A stretch of 64,000 bases of DNA from Sulfolobales archaeon (GTDB lineage Archaea; Thermoproteota; Thermoprotei_A; Sulfolobales; AG1): contig JAWAXC010000001.1 of NCBI GenBank assembly GCA_038897115.1, positions 20,313 through 84,312 of the forward strand, written 5' to 3'. The notes beneath the pieces are model-generated. The model saw only the letters and a list, made by a program, of their open reading frames with translations. It did not search any database and was not told where the DNA came from. The position numbers were made by a program, and so were the translations under genes. This document shows, in pieces, positions 10,907 through 18,818 of the stretch (the stretch's first letter is position 1; every line of letters begins with the position of its first letter).

Positions 10907-11137
10907 ATGGATCTTAAGGTTGGAGTTGAGGATTGGGAGAGACCTCTGATAGCTGCTGCGATATACTTCGCAGACCCAAGGCCTGAGGAGGATGTTATGA
11001 GGATCATGGCTGATCTCGTTGGGATGGATGAGGCCGAGGCGATAGCATCCCTCGTGTGGAGGATAGCTTTTGGGGAGGGCTATAGCCTAGATCAGTGGGC
11101 AGATCTCCTCGAGTCGCTGAAGATATCGAGCCCCTGA
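10907..11137 (+). CDS. acidic hypothetical protein; the frame stays coding-like past its TGA
   Basis: ORF track plus own reading of 11138-11320 in the same frame. Confidence 0.3.
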   Translation: MDLKVGVEDWERPLIAAAIYFADPRPEEDVMRIMADLVGMDEAEAIASLVWRIAFGEGYSLDQWADLLESLKISSP

Positions 11138-11359
11138 GAGGCTATATGGAGGTTCCAGGAGCTGGTTGAGAAGGGGCTGAGGAGGAAGCACGAAGCACCC
11201 TCTCCGAAGACTATAAGCGATAAGGAGACCCTGAGGGCAGCATGCAAATACCTAGGGCTGGGCTGTAACGTCTTTGATGGTTTTTGGATGCTTTCATATT
11301 TTATAAGCTATAAGCTCTAGATATTATAAGTTAATAGTGCCCTCTAGGTGGGTGAGGGT

Positions 11360-11495
11360 GGCTGAACCGCCTTAGCTTGCCTAGGGGAGACCGTGATGAG
11401 CCTGAGGGCGGCTATAAATAACCATAAACGATAATGAAATACCGCTCTCGGGTGAACAGTAGCGAGCATCCACATCCTAGAGGACGTGGCTTTTA
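11360..11495 (+). ncRNA. candidate small RNA or conserved intergenic motif, copy 2
   Basis: GGCTGAACCGCCTTAGCTTGCCTAGGGGAGACCGTGATGAGCCT...ACCGCTCTCGGGTGAACAGT. A TATA-like atattataagtt lies about 25 nt upstream. Ends in hairpin CCACATCC-taga-GGACGTGG followed by TTTT (11470-11494). Confidence 0.35.
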
Positions 11496-11514
11496 GATGT
11501 AAAGTTCATAAAGT

Positions 11515-11922
11515 TCATATGGTGATTTTCTTGATTTCCTCGATGACTCTTTCCACGTCTCCCACTCTCTCCCTCACGCTAGCCGGGCTCAGCCTACTCT
11601 CGTGAAAGCCCTCTACATGGAGATAATAGGCTGCCTCCCAGGCTCTTCTGAGCCACTCACCTAATATCTTGCTTAGCCTCACAACAGAATCTTCAAGATC
11701 CCTCACAGACCACCTCCCCCTATCCCCTACCCTTTCAAGCACGTCCCTGAGATCGTAGTATATGGCTAAGGCCTTCACACCCTCCTCAACCGATTTGTAC
11801 AGCTTTTCTGAGGCCTGGGCAGGGCTTCCATCAATCTCAGCCAGCCCCTTATAAAAGAATTCAACCGCTAAATCGCGGTGCCTCGCAAAGTCCTCAATAT
11901 TCCGATCCCTAGCTCTGCGCAA
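11515..11922 (-). CDS. PaREP1-family (HEPN-like helical) protein
   Basis: SEKLYKSVEEGVKALAIYY ... AAYYLHVEGFHE pattern, recalled from the archaeal PaREP1 family. All-helical, 135 aa. Confidence 0.45.
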   Translation of the reverse strand: MRRARDRNIEDFARHRDLAVEFFYKGLAEIDGSPAQASEKLYKSVEEGVKALAIYYDLRDVLERVGDRGRWSVRDLEDSVVRLSKILGEWLRRAWEAAYYLHVEGFHESRLSPASVRERVGDVERVIEEIKKITI

Positions 11923-11974
11923 TATTCCCCACCATCCAGAAATAATATATGTAGCAGTTTATTACAAATGAAAG

Positions 11975-12001
11975 CCTCGCCCTCTAGGGCTGGGAGGTTT
12001 G
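11975..12001 (+). repeat. IS-end-like imperfect palindrome
   Basis: CCTCGCCCTCTAGGGCTGGGAGGTTTG. Compare the element hairpins at 13941 and 15385. Confidence 0.5.
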
Positions 12002-12040
12002 GGCTACATCCCCTCTAAGAGGGTTTAGCCCTAGGCCGAG

Positions 12041-12223
12041 TCACCAACCATTAGCCTCTCTATAGATGCATCGCTCGTAATCACTATATGCTAATGATAT
12101 GCCTCGATCTCTTAATAGCTTATTCACAATATGAACAAGCCTGTTATAGAAAACCTCCACATGACCCTTCAAAGAACTATAATCAAGATCAGATGATAAC
12201 CTATACTTATCAACCACAACCAC
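12041..12223 (-). CDS. hypothetical small protein (third gene of a small cassette)
   Basis: ORF starts 3 nt after the stop of the upstream ORF. No recognisable motif. Confidence 0.3.
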   Translation of the reverse strand: MVVVDKYRLSSDLDYSSLKGHVEVFYNRLVHIVNKLLRDRGISLAYSDYERCIYREANGW

Positions 12224-12226
12224 GTG

Positions 12227-12526
12227 TCAAGTTTCCTCCTTACCTTTTGAAGCAATTCCATCCACGATTTCCATGGCAATTGTTATTGCATCACCACCGC
12301 TTAAAGATCTGCCCTTTCTAAAGATTTTCATGGAAATACTTATCATACCCATAGGTATGGGGCTCAATGGGTTAAAATTAATTTGGATACCTCTAAATAG
12401 ATCTCTAATCCTATTCACCACCACATTAAATACTCCTTTATTCTTTGATGTCGACATTACTATTATATTCCCTCCAACTTCGTGTCTAATGACATAGTGG
12501 ATCTCAACACCACTATCTATAGACAT
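12227..12526 (-). CDS. hypothetical small protein
   Basis: ORF track only; no recognisable motif. Confidence 0.3.
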   Translation of the reverse strand: MSIDSGVEIHYVIRHEVGGNIIVMSTSKNKGVFNVVVNRIRDLFRGIQINFNPLSPIPMGMISISMKIFRKGRSLSGGDAITIAMEIVDGIASKGKEET

Positions 12527-12582
12527 ATCCTTAGACCTAATCAGAGCATCTAAAAGGGCTGAAAAAGGGTGGTTTTACCACA

Positions 12583-12792
12583 TCACTTGGGCCCATATAG
12601 AATGGTTACCCGACTATCCTCTATAACCCCTCTGCCAAGCCCGAATATCTCTCTAGCCTTATCCTCACGATCTAAGAACTTTATATTTATCCCACCCTCT
12701 CTTATCTCATACCCATGCATCATATCTATAATTTTCTCAATAGCCTGGCCATAGGCTCTAGGTTTAGCCCCTATACCCACTACTAAACCCAA
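12583..12792 (-). CDS. hypothetical small protein, TTG start, probably leaderless
   Basis: A TATA-like ttaaatatataagg lies about 30 nt upstream on the minus strand. Gly-rich GIGAKPRAYG segment. Confidence 0.3.
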   Translation of the reverse strand: MGLVVGIGAKPRAYGQAIEKIIDMMHGYEIREGGINIKFLDREDKAREIFGLGRGVIEDSRVTILYGPK

Positions 12793-12859
12793 GCCTAAGT
12801 CAACGCCCCACCTTATATATTTAAAACCCTTCTAAGCATAAGATCGAACTAGAACGTAT

Positions 12860-12893
12860 ATGACCCCCTCTCCGCCCTAAAGGACGAGGTTTG
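12860..12893 (-). repeat. IS right-end-like hairpin in reverse orientation
   Basis: The reverse complement reads CCTCGTCCTTTAGGGCGGAGAGGGGGTCAT. This matches the right end ...CCCCGCCCCTCAGGGCGGGGAAGGGGTCAT at 15385-15414. Confidence 0.5.
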
Positions 12894-13260
12894 TTAGCAA
12901 TCAATCTATCAAAATGAGGATCCCATCTAGAGAGTTTTCACTCCTCATATGCTTCCTCTACCGCTTTACTCTGTTTAGCGATTGGGAGTTCCACCTCGCC
13001 CAGAGGGCTCTCCTAGCTCATCCCATGGGTTCATGGGGCTTTGTCAAGCCCAACGGCATGGGGCTCCCATCTAGGGTAAACCTGCATAGGCTTGGAACAG
13101 AGCTCTCGCTGCCTGGCGTATTACCAATAAATTATAGCATAGAAAGACGCAATCCAGAACAGAAAGCAATAGCTCAAAGTTTCTGTCCCTACCTGCAGGG
13201 GTTGGTTTCATCGCCTTAGCCTTTTGCCCCGCCTTGCCAAATCTATGGCGGAAGCAAAGG
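12860..13260 (-). mobile_element. possible internally deleted (MITE-like) IS200/IS605-type remnant
   Basis: A right-end-like terminus at 12860 and a partial left-end-like CCCCGCCTT..GCCAA at about 13225-13245. Strong hairpin at 13319-13353. Boundaries are uncertain. Confidence 0.2.
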
Positions 13261-13402
13261 GATTCGGAGGCTTTATCCTTATTTCACAGTGCTTACCGCC
13301 ATTCCCCACACTATATCCAAGGCTAGCAACGTTTGAAAGGGGTTGCTAGCCTTGCTGAAAGAGATTGGGACTTCCCAATTTTCTAAGATATGGGTTAGAG
13401 CA

Positions 13403-13424
13403 ATATTATATTATAATATAATAT
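13403..13424. promoter_or_regulatory. perfect 22-bp AT palindrome upstream of cydA
   Basis: ATATTATATTATAATATAATAT equals its own reverse complement. Lies about 130 nt upstream of the cydA start. Confidence 0.3.
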
Positions 13425-13551
13425 GGTATAGGTTTAGATATGTCTATCTAGTCTGTTCTAGTTCTTAATAACCACCTTTTTAAGAAATTTTCGATGTATA
13501 AATACGAGGTGGTGTATAATCTCTGAGTCTTCGCTAAACAATGCAATCCCC

Positions 13552-13922
13552 ATGACCATAGTGGGTATCTATGTCCATGGCTTCTTCTTGGTTATGGCTG
13601 TTGGGCTTCCATATCTGGTTCTCTTTCTAGAGGGTCTTGGCATAGCTAGGAGGGATCAGCAGCTTCTGCTAGCAGCTAAGATAACCTCTTATGTATGGGC
13701 TATATCCTTCGCCTTCGGCGCTGTGACAGGCACTCTGGTGGAGTTCGGCTTGGTGCAGATATGGTCTGGAACGATATTGGCTATAGGATCTGCTTTCTTC
13801 CTCCCAATGTTCTACGAGCTCTTCGCATTCCTAGCCGAGATCGTGTCGCTACCAACATATCTATATACATGGGGCAGGCTGAGAGGGTGGATCCACTGGT
13901 TGATAGGGCTTAGCGTGTTGAT
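13552..13922 (+). pseudogene. cydA: cytochrome bd oxidase subunit I, N-terminal fragment (interrupted by the IS)
   Basis: CydA-like TM1-3 (YVHGFFLVMAVGL...FGAVTGTLVEFG). The frame runs into the IS and stops at 13924-13926. Confidence 0.8.
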
Positions 13923-13940
13923 ATAAAATTAGTTGGCAAA

Positions 13941-13964
13941 CCTAGCCTTTGAAGGCGGGGTTAG
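13941..13964 (+). repeat. left-end subterminal hairpin of the IS
   Basis: CCTAGCCTTTGAAGGCGGGGTTAG. Confidence 0.6.
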
Positions 13965-14096
13965 ATTTTTAGGTTTTTGTTTCGGTATATGCTCTGGGCT
14001 TCCGGGATGGTGGGTCAATCTACTAGGATGAGGAGCGGGGGCCGATTATCCCCTGCAATACCCACCATCTCGGAGGCCCACCTCTCCAATATAAGG

Positions 14097-15416
14097 ATGA
14101 ATGTTGTCTGTCTACTGACAAATGGACATCAGCATAGGAGGCTGTCATGGCTGGGGGATGTATGTGCTAGGTTGTATAATGAGGTGAACTATGAGAGGAG
14201 GCAGCAGTTCTTCAGCAAACAGAAAGTAGATTTCAAGGGAACCTATAGGAGGTACTATGAGAGGTATAGGGATATCCTCGGTGTCAATGCCCAGGCCGTT
14301 ATTCAGAAGAATAACGAGGCCTGGAACTCGTTCTTCTCACAGCTTAAGGCTATGAAGGAGGGGAGGCTACCTCCCTTCATTAAGAAGGTCAGCCCGCCTG
14401 GGTATTGGAAGGATAGGGAGGGTGGGAGGAGGAAGATCATAGTGATTAGGCAGGATCGATATGTGGTTGATGTTGAGAGGAAGAAGCTGATCCTTAAGGA
14501 CTTTGGCATGGAGATCGATTTTGTTGGTGAGATCAGGTGGTATGGTAAGCAGGGGAGGCTGGAGATCATATATGACGAGGCTGTCAATAGGTGGTACGCC
14601 CACATACCAGTCGAGGTCGGTGTAGAGACAACGAAAAACGGCAATAAAGCCAAGCACATTGTCAGAGGTAAGAGAAAATCGATCCAGATTGCTTCTCCAA
14701 AGGGTGATAGGATAGCCTCAATTGATCTTGGTATCAATGTTATGGCAAGCGTTATGATCAATGATGGTACTTGGCTCTTGTACAAGGGTGTTAGAGCTAA
14801 GCAGGACTACTTCTACTTCGAGAAGAGGATAGCCGGGGTACAGTCGCTCGAGGCAATGGCCAGGAATATAGGTGAGCTTGAGGCGGCGGAGGAGCTTAGA
14901 AGGGAGAGGAGGAGGCTATTCAGAAAGCTATATAGGAGATTATTACACCTATACAGGACATTAGCCTCTCATTTGATCAGGATGCTGCATGATCTCGGGG
15001 TATCAACGATATACATAGGATATCCATATAACATATCCCAGGATAGTGGTAACAAGTTTAGCGTGAATATCTGGTCATACCACAGGCTAATCCAAACAAT
15101 CGAGCTCAAGGCACAGGAATATGGTATGAGGGTATTCGAGGTAATAGAGTATGGCACATCAAGCAGATGTGCATACCACGAGGTTGAAGTTAGGAGAGAG
15201 CATAGAGGAGTGGTGACATGCCCGCTAGGGCATAAGCTACACAGCGATCTAAACGGAGCACTAAACATAATGAGGATAGCAACAGGAAAAACACCTATGC
15301 ATATAAAGAAACCACTATCCTACATCGTTCATCATAATGGAGTAGCCCCCACAAAGGGGGGTAACACCCGAGACCCCAGCAAAACCCCGCCCCTCAGGGC
15401 GGGGAAGGGGTCATAG
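14097..15416 (+). CDS. tnpB: TnpB (OrfB) RNA-guided-nuclease-family protein
   Basis: LYNEVNYERRQQFF N-terminal signature. RuvC-I IASIDLGIN; TS motif EYGTSSRC; zinc-finger-like C..H/C...H; RuvC-III HSDLNGALNI. The longest ORF starts at TTG 13977, but ATG 14097 fits the usual family N-terminus. Confidence 0.85.
   Translation: MNVVCLLTNGHQHRRLSWLGDVCARLYNEVNYERRQQFFSKQKVDFKGTYRRYYERYRDILGVNAQAVIQKNNEAWNSFFSQLKAMKEGRLPPFIKKVSPPGYWKDREGGRRKIIVIRQDRYVVDVERKKLILKDFGMEIDFVGEIRWYGKQGRLEIIYDEAVNRWYAHIPVEVGVETTKNGNKAKHIVRGKRKSIQIASPKGDRIASIDLGINVMASVMINDGTWLLYKGVRAKQDYFYFEKRIAGVQSLEAMARNIGELEAAEELRRERRRLFRKLYRRLLHLYRTLASHLIRMLHDLGVSTIYIGYPYNISQDSGNKFSVNIWSYHRLIQTIELKAQEYGMRVFEVIEYGTSSRCAYHEVEVRREHRGVVTCPLGHKLHSDLNGALNIMRIATGKTPMHIKKPLSYIVHHNGVAPTKGGNTRDPSKTPPLRAGKGS
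15385..15414 (+). repeat. right-end hairpin of the IS
   Basis: CCCCGCCCCTCAGGGCGGGGAAGGGGTCAT. The stem is CCCCGCCC/GGGCGGGG. Confidence 0.7.
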
Positions 15417-16486
15417 GGTCTAATGCATCTGCATATCTAATCCTAGCGGCTAACTCGTGGATGCAGATCCCCTGGGGTACTGGGTCGCTGGTGAGCAAGA
15501 TCCTTCCTTGGACCCCGGTTCTAGGGCCTGAGATCGTAAATGCAACCGCAGCACAGAATGCACTGGGACTCCTATCCCAGTCCGGTCCCAGCATACTATC
15601 TGATCCAGAGGCTCTGAGGAGTGTGGGATATATCCTCTACGATCCCGGGGCTGCCTTTCAAAACCCGGATCTGTTGCCAACATTTCTCCACACGGTATTG
15701 GCAACTATAGTTATAGCCTCTTTTGAGACTGCAGCTGTCTACTCATATATGTATCTCAGGACTAAGAGCAATGCTAGATCCTTTTACAAAAGGATAGCTA
15801 GGATAGCCTTTGGCTTTGGAGGAGTAGCATCGATCCTCCAGCCCCTTGCCGGGGATCTAATGGGGAGGGTTGTCTATGAATATCAATATGTGAAGTTCCT
15901 CATGGCAGAGGGCTTCCCACCGGAGGGAGGCGTCAACCCGATCCTAGGGATCATCCTCCACGGCGATCCTAACTACTACTTCAAAGGACTCGACTACCTA
16001 GCCTCCCTAGCCAGCAATAGCCTCTACCCCAACGCTGCGATGCTAACGATAGAAACAGCTAGAGAGATCGGACCTTTGATACATATGCTCTACTACACAA
16101 TGGTGGTATCAGGCGTTATACTCTTCATCATGGGGATAGCATATTTCGGCCTATATATAGATGCTATAGATAGGCTTGTTAGAAAGATCCTGAGAACAGA
16201 TACTGAGACCCTTATAATCTACTCATCATTCGCAGCCCCAGTACTAGCCCTTGCAGCAGCATCAGCGGGGTGGGCTGTTAGGGAGATAGGTAGGAGGCCC
16301 TGGACCATATATGGGCTTGTGAGGAAAGACCAGGTTATAACCCCTGTCCCGATATCCTTTGAGTTCAGCCTATTGGTGATAGCTATAATCCTCCTAATCT
16401 TCATTGGAGGTCTCATAGCGCTCTACTACCTCACTATAAGGCCTCTGAGAGAGCTTGAGAAGGAGATCGTGGTGATAAGGGCATGA
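15415..16486 (+). pseudogene. cydA: cytochrome bd oxidase subunit I, C-terminal fragment
   Basis: Reads (I)GSNASAYLILAANSWMQIPWG... directly after the IS end. ANSWMQ.P is a conserved CydA motif. Confidence 0.8.
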
Positions 16487-17613
16487 GCCAGTATATAGAT
16501 ATAAGCCCGGTAGCCTGGATGTCATTCATCTTAGCAGGTATGACCGTCCTTATCCACGTAACCCTTGTGAACATAGTGCTCGGCCTCTCGATATTGGTTC
16601 CAATGCTCGAGTATATCTCCTATAGAAGAGGGGATCCAATGCTTCTCGAGGTAGCAAGGAGATCATTTAGATTCCTCGCAGTCTCAGACCTAGTCGCAGG
16701 TGTGTGGGGGACATGGCTCACAATAGTTCTTGCAGGTCTCTGGCCATCCCTCACCTATATAGCTATGACGGAGCTTTTCACGGCTATATCGATAGCCCTC
16801 GTGGGGATATTGGTTTCGATCCCGTCAATAGTGATCTACTGGTATAGCTGGGACAGGGTATCCCCGAGAACACATATCATGATAGGGGTTATCATGGGTG
16901 TATCAGCATTAGCGGTGCCGGCAGGCTTCAGAGCGATCTTCGCATATATAGATAACCCAGATGCTATGCCCAGAGAAGCTTGGGGCTTTATTAAACACCC
17001 ACTCTACATACCCCTTTTAATCCACACATGGCTAGGAGCCCTTACAATGGCCTCTTTACTAACAGCATCTATATATGCTATTAAAAGCTGGAGATCCCGT
17101 GATGCATATGAGGCAGATATATATTTAAAGGGATATAGATTCTACATAGCAGTAGGCCTACCGATCCTGGTTATCCAAAGTCTAACAGGTCTATGGCTAT
17201 ACTTAGCTTTAGGGGAGCACTCGCCCTACCTCTTCAAAGCTATAAATGGCTTTCAAGGTGTATATATGAGCTTCCTACCCCTATTCATAGCATTTCTAGC
17301 TACGATAGCTGCAATATGGATTGGATCTATATCTCTATTCATATCCTCTAGAAAAGGGGGCAGAAGCTATCTAGCAGCCTATACACTAGCCCTCTCAAGC
17401 GCCCTTGGAGTCCCCCTGGGAGAGGCTCTCCATGATGCACCGAGAATACCCTATATGGTTCTCACAGGAGATAGAGGGATCCACGTTAATACTCTAGCCA
17501 ATAGCTTAATACCATTAACATGGGATCTAGCATATATAGCTGTGGGAGTATCGGCATCCATAATGGCTATATTCTTCGCATTACTATACACAATATATAT
17601 TAAAAAGATCTAG
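16483..17613 (+). CDS. second bd-oxidase subunit, CydA-paralog type (CydA-prime) rather than canonical CydB
   Basis: 4-nt overlap with cydA. Its N-terminus, LIHVTLVNIVLGLSILVPMLEYISYRRGDPMLLEVARRSFRFLAVSDLVAGVWGTW, aligns by eye with the CydA N-terminal fragment. Confidence 0.55.
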   Translation: MSQYIDISPVAWMSFILAGMTVLIHVTLVNIVLGLSILVPMLEYISYRRGDPMLLEVARRSFRFLAVSDLVAGVWGTWLTIVLAGLWPSLTYIAMTELFTAISIALVGILVSIPSIVIYWYSWDRVSPRTHIMIGVIMGVSALAVPAGFRAIFAYIDNPDAMPREAWGFIKHPLYIPLLIHTWLGALTMASLLTASIYAIKSWRSRDAYEADIYLKGYRFYIAVGLPILVIQSLTGLWLYLALGEHSPYLFKAINGFQGVYMSFLPLFIAFLATIAAIWIGSISLFISSRKGGRSYLAAYTLALSSALGVPLGEALHDAPRIPYMVLTGDRGIHVNTLANSLIPLTWDLAYIAVGVSASIMAIFFALLYTIYIKKI

Positions 17614-17743
17614 AGAGACATATTAGGCTGGTATTAAATCACAACAATCCACCTATGAGGAAAAGGGGTTTAAGCGGAATGCTGATGTAGCTACGAAAAA
17701 GCCTGTGGATCGATCTGTTGGGATGGGTAGAGAAGCCGTAGGA

Positions 17744-18085
17744 TCATACGTCGAGCTCGACCCAACCATTGTTTATCCTAACACCATATGTTTTTAAACC
17801 CATCTTCTCCTTGGGGAAGTTGGGTGCTACGCTTGGAGGCTCTAGCATTGCCCCGCTTCTGAGATCGAAGACTGCTCCGTGGCAATAGCATCTAACCACC
17901 CTTCTCTCTCTATCCACCATACCTAGAATGCATCTAGCATGGGTGCATACAGCGTCTATAGCATATAGCTCTCCATCTATCCTTGCTATGAAGATCACTT
18001 TATCATCTACCTTAACAGCTACAGATCCTCCTGCGCTTTCAAGAGCCCTCTCCGAGAAGACCCTTCTCCATGGCATATATGTCAC
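17744..18085 (-). CDS. Rieske [2Fe-2S] domain protein
   Basis: CTHARC...(17)...CYCHGAVF, i.e. the CxH...CxxH Rieske motif. Confidence 0.75.
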   Translation of the reverse strand: MTYMPWRRVFSERALESAGGSVAVKVDDKVIFIARIDGELYAIDAVCTHARCILGMVDRERRVVRCYCHGAVFDLRSGAMLEPPSVAPNFPKEKMGLKTYGVRINNGWVELDV

Positions 18086-18125
18086 CTATATGCGGTTTCT
18101 CCACAGCTTATAGGTTTTGCCCTGG

Positions 18126-18818
18126 TCAATATAGATCTGCTAGTGATCCTAGATCTGGTTTGGTTGTGTTTCTCTCTATATTGCTATAGGCTTTTGGAAG
18201 CCAATCCCTCATAGCCTCTATATCCCTCTTACTCAGCTCATGCCCTGCCTCCACGATTCTGAGTTCTACAGATGCCCCGAGGGATATAAGCATTCTATAT
18301 AGATTCTCTGTATCATTTAGAGGCGCTATAGGATCTCTGGAGCCTGCTAGTATCAAGATCTCCTTCCCAGCTAGGTTGGGCCTTACACCAAGATCTACTG
18401 GGAAGAATGGCCTCAGAAGTATCGCCCCTGCGAATGCCCCTGGTCTTAGGAGCATAGTGGCTATAGCTATGTTTGCACCGTTGGAATAGCCAATAGCTAT
18501 GGCTCTAGCCCTCTTAAAATTATATTGATGGGATGCGATCTCTATGAAATCCGCTAGCTCCTCAGCCCTATATCTAAGATCCTCAAGATCATATACACCG
18601 GGAGCGATCCTTCTGAAGAACCTGGGCATACCATTCTCAAGAACCTTCCCCCTTGGGCTGAGGATCCCTGCATCAAGGTCTAATGACCTTGCAAGAGGCA
18701 CTAGATCCTCCTCATCCCCTCCCGTGCCGTGGAGGAGAACAAGGATCCTATCCCCCTTAGACGGGGGTATATAGATATGTTTAAAACCCAGGAGCTCGCC
18801 CCTTATAATCTGTACCAT
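18126..18818 (-). CDS. alpha/beta hydrolase, phospholipase/carboxylesterase family (MhqD-like)
   Basis: LLHGTGGDEEDL and the nucleophile elbow GYSNG. Confidence 0.7.
   Translation of the reverse strand: MVQIIRGELLGFKHIYIPPSKGDRILVLLHGTGGDEEDLVPLARSLDLDAGILSPRGKVLENGMPRFFRRIAPGVYDLEDLRYRAEELADFIEIASHQYNFKRARAIAIGYSNGANIAIATMLLRPGAFAGAILLRPFFPVDLGVRPNLAGKEILILAGSRDPIAPLNDTENLYRMLISLGASVELRIVEAGHELSKRDIEAMRDWLPKAYSNIERNTTKPDLGSLADLY

Larger units (their letters stand above)
13923..15414 (+). mobile_element. IS200/IS605-family element carrying tnpB only (IS1341-like, no tnpA)
   Basis: Starts right after TTGAT and ends ...GGGGTCAT. Subterminal hairpins at both ends. Removing it restores the cydA frame. 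A shared ATA leaves the boundaries ambiguous by up to 3 nt. Confidence 0.85.

Noticed and set aside
6122-11460. The conserved two-copy motif read as a tRNA, a split-tRNA half, or a canonical C/D-box sRNA.
   Set aside because: I tried cloverleaf registers. TAGCTTGCCTAGGGGAGAC superficially resembles a D-arm, but A14 and the 10-25 pair fail and no T-arm (GTTCRA) exists on either strand. The CTGA/GTGATGA elements are in the wrong order and spacing for a C/D guide RNA and are not conserved in copy 1 (GTGAGGA). I kept it as an unclassified motif.
11973-12893. The idea that the hairpins at 11975 and 12860 are the two ends of one transposable unit carrying the three-gene cassette.
   Set aside because: Their orientations are not those of a left-end/right-end pair of a single IS200/IS605 element. 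The 12860 copy points its terminus toward the cassette, so its body would lie on the other side. The bracketing is noted, but it is not claimed as one element.
12914-13219. A 101-aa plus-strand ORF.
   Set aside because: It lies inside the putative IS/MITE remnant, has odd composition, and has no start context or motif. It is probably non-coding.
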